Assembly (NCBI GenBank): GCA_034432755.1
Contig: DAOUBQ010000015.1
Coordinates: 26,400-90,399, forward strand
Direction: 5' to 3'
DNA length: 64,000 nt
From: Anaerolineales bacterium
Lineage (GTDB): Bacteria; Chloroflexota; Anaerolineae; Anaerolineales; Villigracilaceae
Shown here: in pieces, positions 9,122-17,273 of the stretch
How positions within the stretch are numbered: the first letter of the stretch is position 1
Layout: each line of letters opens with the position of its first letter
Notes under the pieces: model-generated
The model's input: the letters and a program-made list of their open reading frames with translations, nothing else
What the model was told of the DNA's origin: nothing
The model's database searches: none
Made by a program: the position numbers and the translations under genes

Positions 9122-9892
9122 TTACCCCGCGCCCTTGAGATAAATCCCGGTCGGGTCGAGTTCTTCGCGCAGGATTTGGAGTTCGCGGGCGGTGACGGGT
9201 TCTGTTCCCTTGAGATGCTCTGCTGCCTTCAAATCCCAGCCGGTGTTTTCTCTGGCCATTTCGACGGTTTTGCCGGGGTGCAGGGCGGTCAGAATCAGTT
9301 CACCGTTTTCGTTTGGTTCTAAGAGGCCGATGTCGGTCACGACGGCGAGCGGACCTTTGCCGCGCAGGCCAGCCTGTTCGCGTCTGCCTGCGCCGTCGAG
9401 GTAGCCCGCCGAAGTCAGGAAGTCCACCTTTTCGGGGAAGCGGCGCTTCTGGTGCGGGGTCATCATGTAACAGCGATTGGCCCAGGCGGCAATTTCTTGT
9501 GCGCCGCCAGAGCCGGGCAGCCGCACTTTGGGGTGTTCATAATCTGTGCCGACGATGGTGGCGTTGATGTTGCCGTAGCGGTCAATTTGCGCGCCGCCCA
9601 GGAAGCCGACATCCACGTTGCCCCGCTGGAGGTAGTTGGCAAAAATATCGTACATGCTGACCACCGAGAGTGCGCCGCTCACCAGGGTTGGGTCGCCGAT
9701 AGAGAGTGGCAGGCGGGCTGGTTCCGCGCCGATGACGCCCGCTTCGTAAATCATCACCAGGTTGGGAGCGTGGGTGCGCTTGGCCAGGTTGCAGGCCAGG
9801 TTGGGTTGGCCCACGCCTACAAAGACCACATCGCCATCTTTGAGCAGTCGCGCGGCGTTGACAATCATCAATTCAGCGGAAGAGTATTCCAT
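9122..9892 (-). CDS. CoA-transferase, subunit B (3-oxoacid/glutaconate CoA-transferase family)
   Basis: N-terminus MIVNAARLLKDGDVVFVGVGQPNLACNLAKRTHAPNLVMIYEAG is typical of beta subunits. Confidence 0.9.
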   Translation of the reverse strand: MEYSSAELMIVNAARLLKDGDVVFVGVGQPNLACNLAKRTHAPNLVMIYEAGVIGAEPARLPLSIGDPTLVSGALSVVSMYDIFANYLQRGNVDVGFLGGAQIDRYGNINATIVGTDYEHPKVRLPGSGGAQEIAAWANRCYMMTPHQKRRFPEKVDFLTSAGYLDGAGRREQAGLRGKGPLAVVTDIGLLEPNENGELILTALHPGKTVEMARENTGWDLKAAEHLKGTEPVTARELQILREELDPTGIYLKGAG

Positions 9893-9921
9893 GCGTTTCC
9901 TTTCTATTCTGATTGGGATAT

Positions 9922-9953
9922 CTGGTTTTCTGGTTGCGCGGTTATCTGGCTGG
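9922..9953. repeat. 8-nt-period tandem array at the hydrolase stop / CoA-transferase B gap
   Basis: ctggtttt ctggttgc gcggttat ctggctgg. GGTT recurs at 9924/9932/9940. Confidence 0.55.
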
Positions 9954-10781
9954 GTGTAAGAATAGATGGATGCGTTCTGCCACCCTTTGCGGGGCTTCGA
10001 GTGGCAGGAGGTGGGTTGTTTTGGGTAAAGTTTCGATTTGGATGCGCGCGTTGAAACGGCGGGTGAGGAAGGCTGTGATTGGCAGGAAGGTGTCGGTTTC
10101 GGCGCCGCGCAAAATCAGGGTTGGTGTTTTGAGGCCGGGTAAGCCGCGCCACAGGTCGAAATCGCGCCAGACGCTGGTGTAATAGATGTGCGCTTCCCAT
10201 TCTGGGCTGTAACGTAGGGTGTAGCCGTTGTGGCTGGCTGGCTGGATGATGCCAGAAATATATACGCGGAGCGCGTTATCCTCCAGGTAGCGGAATGCCG
10301 GGCGGCGGCGGTAAGATGCGAAGGGACGTTCTAGGTCATCGAAGGTGCGGCGGCGTTTTTGGGCGGCGTGGATGAGCGGGTGCAGGCGATAGCCCAACCC
10401 CAGCGCGCGGACAAGATTCCATAGCACGATAACGCCCGGCGGGAAGAGAACCGGGTCGAGCAGGATGAGAGACTTAAACCGCTCTGGCGCTTTGAGCGCG
10501 GCGCGTAAGGCGGCAATTGCGCCCATTGAATGACCGATGACCACTGCCTGCCTGGTATTTCTTTCCTCAGTGAATTGCAGAAAATCGGTGGAGAGTGGAT
10601 ACCAGTCAGATATCTCTTCGGGCTTTGCGCCTGGCCAGAGCGGGCGCTGATGCATGGCTGTGACGTGGTGGTGTTCCTTGAGTATATTTAACAGGGGCAG
10701 GTAGCAGGCGGGCGGGTAGCCGTTGGCGTGCAGGAAGTGCAATGCTGGCCCGTCGCCGCCGAAATCGGTGTAGGGAATCAT
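9942..10781 (-). CDS. alpha/beta-fold hydrolase
   Basis: Nucleophile elbow GHSMGA, length and pattern of the alpha/beta hydrolase fold. Sits between CoA-transferase subunits A and B. Confidence 0.85.
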   Translation of the reverse strand: MIPYTDFGGDGPALHFLHANGYPPACYLPLLNILKEHHHVTAMHQRPLWPGAKPEEISDWYPLSTDFLQFTEERNTRQAVVIGHSMGAIAALRAALKAPERFKSLILLDPVLFPPGVIVLWNLVRALGLGYRLHPLIHAAQKRRRTFDDLERPFASYRRRPAFRYLEDNALRVYISGIIQPASHNGYTLRYSPEWEAHIYYTSVWRDFDLWRGLPGLKTPTLILRGAETDTFLPITAFLTRRFNARIQIETLPKTTHLLPLEAPQRVAERIHLFLHPAR

Positions 10782-10785
10782 CGTG

Positions 10786-11688
10786 TTAATAGCGTCCGTA
10801 GTTGATAGGTTCGCTCATCCGCGCCGCGACTTTAAGTTGCTCGTGTTTTTCTGCGCCGAGTTTGTCCCAATATTCTTCCCGGTCTTTCACGGTGTACACC
10901 CATTCTTGAAGGTACTGGCGGGTGGAATCGGAGTCGGATGAGATTTTGTCCCATGCCAGGTAAAACTCGTTATCGCGGTCGTAATAGCCCTGGGCGTAAC
11001 TGGGGTGAGCGGCATGAGGGACATGGCACACGGCACTGACGATGAAGCCGGGAATGAGGGTGCGGTTCGGGTCCGAGCGGATGACGCTTTCTTCAACGAT
11101 TTCTTCGGCGGTCAGGATGACCTTTTTCGCCGCGAAAGCGACCTCCTTCTGTTCGCCAACGATGCCCCACAGGTGAGCATTGCCTTGCGAATCGGCGCGC
11201 TGCACATGGATGATCGCCACATCGGGGTTGAGTGCCGGCACGGTGACCACTTCGCGCCCGCTGTAAGGGTCGGTGACGCGCTTGATGCGCGGATTGGCTT
11301 TCTCCAAATCAGTTGCCCCGGTCTGATTCATTGGTAGAAAGGGCAGGCCGCTGGCCCCGGCTTGCAGGCGGGTAATCATGCCAAAGTGCGAGTATTCTTC
11401 CCATTCCAGTTGGCCTTTTTCAATGGCAGCGCGCACAATCCGCAGGCTGCCCACGCCGGGATTTCCCATATACGAGAAAATCACCTTGCGGGCGCAGCCG
11501 GCCGCCACCATCTGGTCGTAAATCAGGTCGGGCGTAGCGCGTGCCAGGGTCAGGTTGCGCTTGCCCTGCCGGATGATTTCATGCCCGGCGGCAAAGGGGA
11601 TGAGATGGGTGAACCCGGCGGCATATAGCAGGTCGCCATCGTTCACAAATTGCGCAATTGCATCTTTAAGGGACATTAATTTGGTCAT
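10786..11688 (-). CDS. CoA-transferase, subunit A (3-oxoacid/glutaconate CoA-transferase family)
   Basis: MSLKDAIAQFVNDGDLLYAAGF...SYMGNPGVGSL pattern of alpha subunits. Confidence 0.9.
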   Translation of the reverse strand: MTKLMSLKDAIAQFVNDGDLLYAAGFTHLIPFAAGHEIIRQGKRNLTLARATPDLIYDQMVAAGCARKVIFSYMGNPGVGSLRIVRAAIEKGQLEWEEYSHFGMITRLQAGASGLPFLPMNQTGATDLEKANPRIKRVTDPYSGREVVTVPALNPDVAIIHVQRADSQGNAHLWGIVGEQKEVAFAAKKVILTAEEIVEESVIRSDPNRTLIPGFIVSAVCHVPHAAHPSYAQGYYDRDNEFYLAWDKISSDSDSTRQYLQEWVYTVKDREEYWDKLGAEKHEQLKVAARMSEPINYGRY

Positions 11689-11726
11689 GGATTTTCCTTT
11701 TGTTTGGCGTGTAGCCGTTATGTGAA

Positions 11727-12317
11727 TTACTTTTTCTTCTTGGCTTCTTTCTCTTTTTTTGCTTTCAGGCGCTTTTCATTGGCCTCGCGCATTCGTTGCC
11801 GCCATTTGCGAATGCCCTCGAAGCGTCCGGCAGAACTGGGCGGCGGCGCGGTCATGCGCAGGATGACCAGGCCGACGCCGATGCCGAGCGCCCCAATGCA
11901 CAAAAAAGCCAGATAATTAAAGCTTTTCTGGCTTTGGATGTAATTTTCAATCTCTTTTTCGGTGATGGTCCTGGTTGGAATTCCAAGTCTTTGGGCGGTT
12001 TGGGAATTTGCCTCGTGGGTTTGCAGGGCTTGTACGCCATAAACAATATATTCCTGCGTGGCACGTAAACTTTCGGTTTTGATTCGGGTGGGTGTGGGCA
12101 GGTTTTGAGCCAGCGCGGTTTGGGCCCCCACTTCTTGGGTTTGCCGGGCCAGGGCTGCATACACCGTGTTGGTTTGTTTAGCAGCCAGGTTGGCGTTTGA
12201 GCGTGAAATGTCGGTCGAAATAAAAATCATCAGGGCGAATAGCCCGATGATGATGAAAAACGTTCCAATGCGCGAGATAAACTCCCGGCGGTCAATGGTT
12301 TGTTCGCCCATGTTCAC
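11727..12317 (-). CDS. hypothetical membrane protein with an internal Q/T-rich duplication and a Lys-rich tail
   Basis: One N-terminal TM and one C-terminal TM. Internal repeat ALARQTQEVGAQTALAQNLPTPTRI / ALQTHEANSQTAQRLGIPTRTI. Tail KAKKEKEAKKKK. Confidence 0.6.
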   Translation of the reverse strand: MNMGEQTIDRREFISRIGTFFIIIGLFALMIFISTDISRSNANLAAKQTNTVYAALARQTQEVGAQTALAQNLPTPTRIKTESLRATQEYIVYGVQALQTHEANSQTAQRLGIPTRTITEKEIENYIQSQKSFNYLAFLCIGALGIGVGLVILRMTAPPPSSAGRFEGIRKWRQRMREANEKRLKAKKEKEAKKKK

Positions 12318-12611
12318 CTTCGCTATACTCTGGTTTCATGGGTCAAATTCTATCATGATGAGCTATTTTTCTTTCTTTGGCATTCTCGTGTTACACATCA
12401 AGAGATTGAGCAGGTAGATGACACCTGCCAGCAAGGTGACGGAAACCAGCGTGATGATTTCCTCAGCAAAGAGCATTAATTCCTCGAACCACATCGCTGT
12501 GGCGAGCCGCCTGCGCCGCTGGCAGTCTCCGGTTTCCACCAGCGGCGGTTGTTGGGTCGAAACGAAAACTGGATTTTTTACCCTGCTTTAACTCTCCGCG
12601 CGGAATGGAAT

Positions 12612-12620
12612 TGGTATAAT
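12612..12620 (+). promoter_or_regulatory. candidate extended -10 promoter (TGgTATAAT) for the B12-domain gene
   Basis: TG at 12612-12613 and TATAAT at 12615-12620, about 105 nt upstream of ATG 12725. No good -35. Confidence 0.4.
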
Positions 12621-12724
12621 GATTTTGACAGGTTGAGCGAGATAGAGTTACTCGCGTTCTTTGCGTTGTACTGGTATCTGTGCAAGGAATCTATTGTTTG
12701 CAAGTCACGATAAGAAAGGAGTAG

Positions 12725-14398
12725 ATGATGACGAAAACGGTCATCGCCGCCGCCCTGGGCGAATGTGTCCATGTGGCGGGTGTATCCAATTTCCTGCGCC
12801 TGGCCGAACAGGCGGGTTGGAAAACTATTTTCCTGGGGCCATCCGTCCCGGTTGAAACCCTGTTGGAGGCCGCCCGCAAAGAAAACGCAGACCTGGTGGG
12901 CGTTTCGTATCGTCTGACGCCCGAAACCGGTGAACGCCTGCTCGGTCAGTTTGCCGAAGCCGCCAGCGACCTGCATGAAGCAGGCGTGCGATTTGCTTTT
13001 GCCGGTACGCCGCCTGTGGCCGAAAGGGCGGCAAAAATCGGCTTTTTCGAGAAGATATTCGATGGGAGCGAGGAACCCGAGCAGGTTCTTGCGTACCTGA
13101 AGGGACTCCCCGCCCAGGCCGCCACCGAGTCGGACTACCCGCAGACGACCACCGTGCGAATCGCATGGAAGTCGCCTTATCCCATCCTGCGTCATCATTT
13201 TGGCCTGCCGACGATGGAAGCCACAATTGCAGGTATTGAGAAAATTGCTGAGGCCGAGGCGCTCGACCTGATTTCGCTTGGCACCGACCAGGACGCCCAG
13301 GAGAACTTTTTCCACCCGGAGCGACAGGACCCCCGTCGCAAGGGAGCAGGCGGCGTGCCGGTGCGCACCCCCGATGACTTCCGCGCCTTGTACCGGGCCA
13401 GTCGCCGTGGGAACTACCCCATGCTGCGAGCCTACTCTGGAACCGATGACTTTATCCGCTATGCCGAGGTGCTGACCGAGACGATTCACAACGCTTGGTG
13501 TGCCATCCCGCTTTACTGGTTTAACCAGATGGACGGGCGCGGCCCCTGGGATTTGGAAGGCTCTATCCGCGAGCACCAGCAGGTCATGGCCTGGTACGGC
13601 GAGCGAAATATCCCGGTCGAACTCAACGAGCCACACCACTGGGGCATGCGCGACGCGCCGGATGTGGTGTTCGTCGTCGCGGCTTTCCTTTCGGCTTATA
13701 ACGCCAAAAAAAATGGCGTCAAAGACTACATCGCGCAGATGATGTTCAACAGCCCGCCCGGAACGAGCGATGCAATGGATTTGGCGAAGATGCTGGCGGT
13801 GATGGAGATGATTGCGCCGCTTTCTTCTGGCCAGGAAAAGAGGGAAACTGGGGAACCGGAAAACCGGAAAATCTTCAGAATCTGGAAGCAAACCCGCATT
13901 GGTCTGCTTTCACATCCGCTCGACCCTGATGCTGCGCGTGGACATTTAGCCGCCAGCACCTACCTGCAAATGGCCCTGCGACCGCATATTTACCACATCG
14001 TCGGCCATACCGAAGCCCACCACGCGGCCACCGCCGATGACGTCATTGAAGCGGTTAAAATCGTGCGGCGCGCCATCAACAATGCGCTTGGCGCGCCTGA
14101 TATGACCCAATCAACCGAGGTGCAGGAACGCAAAGAGCATCTTGTCTCTGAAGCGCGCGTTCTGCTCGATGCCATCCGGGAGATTGCCAGGCCGGGGGTG
14201 GATGACCCCTGGGCCGATGCCGCCACCCTGGCGAAATCGGTCACGATGGGGCTGATGGATGCGCCTCAGTTACAGAACAACCGGTTCGGGCGCGGCCAGA
14301 TTCGGACACGCATTGTCAACGGGGCGTGCGAAGCCGTTGATGGCGAGGGACGCCCCATCCCGGAGAAAATCCGCATTCAACAGGCAAGGCGCAATTAA
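12725..14398 (+). CDS. cobalamin-binding-type domain protein with a large unassigned C-terminal domain
   Basis: N-terminal ~125 aa look like a B12-binding Rossmann module (VIAAALGECVHVAGVSNF...DLVGVSYRL...). HxxG is kept, but the Asp of DxHxxG is Cys. RBS AAGGAG upstream. The antisense ORF 12578..13891 is rejected. Confidence 0.75.
   Translation: MMTKTVIAAALGECVHVAGVSNFLRLAEQAGWKTIFLGPSVPVETLLEAARKENADLVGVSYRLTPETGERLLGQFAEAASDLHEAGVRFAFAGTPPVAERAAKIGFFEKIFDGSEEPEQVLAYLKGLPAQAATESDYPQTTTVRIAWKSPYPILRHHFGLPTMEATIAGIEKIAEAEALDLISLGTDQDAQENFFHPERQDPRRKGAGGVPVRTPDDFRALYRASRRGNYPMLRAYSGTDDFIRYAEVLTETIHNAWCAIPLYWFNQMDGRGPWDLEGSIREHQQVMAWYGERNIPVELNEPHHWGMRDAPDVVFVVAAFLSAYNAKKNGVKDYIAQMMFNSPPGTSDAMDLAKMLAVMEMIAPLSSGQEKRETGEPENRKIFRIWKQTRIGLLSHPLDPDAARGHLAASTYLQMALRPHIYHIVGHTEAHHAATADDVIEAVKIVRRAINNALGAPDMTQSTEVQERKEHLVSEARVLLDAIREIARPGVDDPWADAATLAKSVTMGLMDAPQLQNNRFGRGQIRTRIVNGACEAVDGEGRPIPEKIRIQQARRN
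13842..13873. repeat. 8-nt-period array inside the B12-domain gene
   Basis: gggaaact ggggaacc ggaaaacc ggaaaatc, the reverse complement of the CC(A/G)GTTNN unit. Encodes ...KRETGEPENRKI... Confidence 0.6.
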
Positions 14399-14422
14399 TT
14401 CCGCCTTGCCAGGGAGAGCAAT

Positions 14423-15523
14423 ATGACCGAACGTTACACCGTACTTGGCGCTGGGCATGGCGGCAAAGCCATGGCCGCGCACCTGGCAAGCATGGGCGCA
14501 CAGGTTGCCCTTTGGAACCGCTCGTTTGACCATATCGAGGTCATCAAAAAACGCGGTGGGATTGACCTGGAAATTCCCGATACCAGCACCCATACTTTTG
14601 GCAAACTTGAATTGGTCACCTCAGACATTGCGGAGGCGATTGGCTTTGCGCAGGTCATCATGGTCGTTTTGCCCTCTTCAGCCCATGCTGATGTGGCAAA
14701 ACTCGCCGCCCCGCACCTGAAAGATGGTCAGATTGTGATTCTGCACCCCGGCCGCACGCTGGGCGCGGTTGAGTTCGTGCGGGTGTTTCGCGCCAATGGC
14801 TGTACAGCCGATGTGACGGTGGCCGAGGCAGAGACGTTCATCTACGCCAGCCGTGCCGACGGCCCAGCTCAGGCGCGCATTTTCCGCATCAAGGAGGCTG
14901 TGCCGCTGGCCGCGCTCCCCTCTATGCGCAACGAATTGGTATTGGATGCCATCCATCACGCTTACCCGCAATATATTGATGGCGTGGATGTATTGCACAC
15001 GGGGCTGAATAACATGGGAGCGATTTTTCATCCAGCCTTGACCTTGCTCAACGCTGGTTGGATTGAGCATACGCATGGTGATTACCAGTTCTATATTGAT
15101 GGGGTAACGCCCTCGGTCGCCCGCGCTCTGGAGGTGTTAGACCGTGAGCGGGTGACGGTGGCTTCGGCGGTAGGTATCCGGGCCCGTACCGCGCTGGAAT
15201 GGCTAAAGCTGGCCTACGACACGACTGGTGCCGACCTGTATGAGGCCATTCACAACCAGCCGGGCTACTACGGTATTAAAGCCCCGCCCACGCTCAATCA
15301 CCGCTATATCTTTGAGGATGTGCCGATGAGCCTGGTGCCGATTGCCTCGCTGGGAATGCGCTATGGCGTGAGTGTGCGTGGGATGGAAAGCGTCATCCGG
15401 CTGTGCAGCATCATCCATAAAACCGATTATTGGCGGCGCGGACGCACGGTGGAGAAACTTGGATTGGAGCAGTGGAGCGTGAGCGAGCTGACGCGTTTTG
15501 TGCAAGAAGGGATCATTGATTAG
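14423..15523 (+). CDS. NAD(P)-dependent octopine/nopaline (opine) dehydrogenase family protein
   Basis: N-terminal dinucleotide fold YTVLGAGHGGKAMAAHLA. Length and pattern fit the opine dehydrogenase family. Confidence 0.8.
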   Translation: MTERYTVLGAGHGGKAMAAHLASMGAQVALWNRSFDHIEVIKKRGGIDLEIPDTSTHTFGKLELVTSDIAEAIGFAQVIMVVLPSSAHADVAKLAAPHLKDGQIVILHPGRTLGAVEFVRVFRANGCTADVTVAEAETFIYASRADGPAQARIFRIKEAVPLAALPSMRNELVLDAIHHAYPQYIDGVDVLHTGLNNMGAIFHPALTLLNAGWIEHTHGDYQFYIDGVTPSVARALEVLDRERVTVASAVGIRARTALEWLKLAYDTTGADLYEAIHNQPGYYGIKAPPTLNHRYIFEDVPMSLVPIASLGMRYGVSVRGMESVIRLCSIIHKTDYWRRGRTVEKLGLEQWSVSELTRFVQEGIID

Positions 15524-15740
15524 CCATCACACTGTACAGAATTGTCTGTTTCAGCGAGAAACCATCCCCTACAACCGCAAAAATACGCGCCGCCATTGGG
15601 ATTTGCCCTCCTGCCCATGGCGCGTGCCAGCCGCAAGGTGACTTCGACCACTTTGGGCTGGATGTTGGGCAAACTGGCCGGGTTGCCGCGATAGTTCTTG
15701 AGCGCAGCCTCGTATTTTGTTATCAGGTTGCTATCGGCTA

Positions 15741-15764
15741 TTTCCTGATTTTCCGATTTCCCCA
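15741..15764. repeat. 8-nt-period array upstream of glgA
   Basis: tttcctga ttttccga tttcccca, with looser related sequence across 15722-15785. Confidence 0.5.
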
Positions 15765-15799
15765 AATATTTCCCCAAAACTGTTGTACAATTCTTTCCC

Positions 15800-17212
15800 A
15801 TGAAACCATTGCGCATTCTCTTCCTGGCCTCCGAAGCCGACCCCTTTGTCAAAGTCGGCGGCCTGGGTGACGTGGCAGGGTCCCTGCCCTATGCTTTGCA
15901 GTCGCTCGGTGACGGCGTTGATGTCCGCCTCGTTATCCCCTTCCACACCTCTATTCGTGCCGAGGGATTGAACCTGGTGCGCGAGACCGTCTTCACCATT
16001 CCCCATTATGGGCGCGAAATTCCTGCTCAGGTATTTTGCACCGACGTTAAAGGCCTCCCGGTCTACCTGATTTCCGGCGCGCCAGTCACGGGTTCTCTCA
16101 AAGTGTATGACCCTAACCCGCAGGCTGACGGAGAGAAATACGTTTTTTTCTCCATTGCCGCCCTCGAAATGGCGCGCCGGCTTGATTGGCGTCCCGACAT
16201 CGTTCACGCCAACGACTGGCATACCGCGCCCGCCGTCTATGAAGTCCGTCGGATGCAAGACGACCCATTCTGGAAAGGCGTCAGGACCGTTTTTTCGGTG
16301 CATAACCTGGGCTACATGGGCGCAGAAGCTGAAAATGCGCTCCTGGCTTACGGCCTGCCGCCGGTTGAGGAGCCGCTCTTGCCTGAGTGGGCCCGCCGCC
16401 AGCCGATGGGACAGGCCCTGTGGGCGGCGGATTCTATCGTGGCCGTATCCCCTTCCTACGCCGAAGAAATCCAGACCCCCGAATATGGCTACGGACTGGA
16501 AACCTACCTGCAAGCCCACCGCACCAAAATCACCGGCATCGTCAACGGCATTGATTATTCCCTGTGGAACCCCGCCAAAGACAGCGCGCTCGAGTCCAAC
16601 TTCGATGCATCCTGCCTCGACGAACGCGCCCGCAACAAGTCCAGCCTGCAAGCCCAATTTGCGCTTACCGAAATGCCCAATGCCCCCCTTCTGGCGATGG
16701 TCACGCGCTTTGACTTTCAAAAAGGGGTTGATATCGCTCTCAACGCCCTGCGCATGGTCACGGCCCAGCCCTGGCAGGCCATCCTGCTTGGCACGGGCAA
16801 TGCCTCGCTCGAAGAAGCCGCCCGCCTGCTCGAAGCCAATTTCCCCAATCGCGTTGCGGCTGTCGTTCGCTTCGACACGCGGATTTCCCGCCAGATTTAC
16901 GGCGGAGCCGACTTGTTGCTCATGCCCTCCCGTTACGAACCCTGCGGCCTGGCGCAGATGATAGCCATGCGCTATGGCGCCATCCCCCTCGCGCGCGCTA
17001 CCGGCGGCTTGCGCGATACCATTGCCGATGGTCGCACCGGCTTCCTGTTCGCCGATTCGTCCCCTTCCGTCATGGCCGCCACCATCCGCCGCGCCATTCA
17101 TGTCTACCGCAACCGCCAAACCTGGCAGTCGATGCAGCGCGCCGCCATGGCCGAAGATTTCTCCTGGGAGAAATCGGCCCGGCAGTATGTTGAGTTATAC
17201 AGGTCGTTATAA
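15800..17212 (+). CDS. glgA: glycogen (starch) synthase
   Basis: N-terminal ILFLASEADPFVKVGGLGDVAGSLP signature, GT5 length. Confidence 0.95.
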   Translation: MKPLRILFLASEADPFVKVGGLGDVAGSLPYALQSLGDGVDVRLVIPFHTSIRAEGLNLVRETVFTIPHYGREIPAQVFCTDVKGLPVYLISGAPVTGSLKVYDPNPQADGEKYVFFSIAALEMARRLDWRPDIVHANDWHTAPAVYEVRRMQDDPFWKGVRTVFSVHNLGYMGAEAENALLAYGLPPVEEPLLPEWARRQPMGQALWAADSIVAVSPSYAEEIQTPEYGYGLETYLQAHRTKITGIVNGIDYSLWNPAKDSALESNFDASCLDERARNKSSLQAQFALTEMPNAPLLAMVTRFDFQKGVDIALNALRMVTAQPWQAILLGTGNASLEEAARLLEANFPNRVAAVVRFDTRISRQIYGGADLLLMPSRYEPCGLAQMIAMRYGAIPLARATGGLRDTIADGRTGFLFADSSPSVMAATIRRAIHVYRNRQTWQSMQRAAMAEDFSWEKSARQYVELYRSL

Positions 17213-17273
17213 TTTATCCATTCCTTGCGGCTTGCCGCGAGAGTTCAAAAACAGACTCCAAAGCGAGACTTCT

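Noticed and set aside
12621-12724. Cobalamin riboswitch in the leader of the B12-domain gene
   Set aside because: The leader is only ~100 nt, and I could not find a B12-box-like consensus or the multi-stem architecture.
12578-13891. 437-aa minus-strand ORF antisense to the B12-domain gene
   Set aside because: It is R/G/H/A-rich with no motifs, and it lies fully antisense to a plus-strand ORF that has an RBS and a natural composition. This is the typical shadow ORF of GC-rich DNA.
15520-15852. 110-aa minus-strand ORF in the opine-DH / glgA gap
   Set aside because: Its 5' third is translated from the short-period repeat array (15722-15785). Its ATG shares the CATG with the glgA start, leaving no room for a promoter. 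I recognise no family. The 3' two-thirds have a fairly normal composition, so a gene remnant cannot be excluded.
15731-17119. 462-aa minus-strand ORF antisense to glgA (also 16107..16961 and the 5' part of 16974..18779 in other frames)
   Set aside because: glgA is unambiguous (KVGGLGDV and full GT5 length). The alternatives are G/A/R/P-rich with no motifs.
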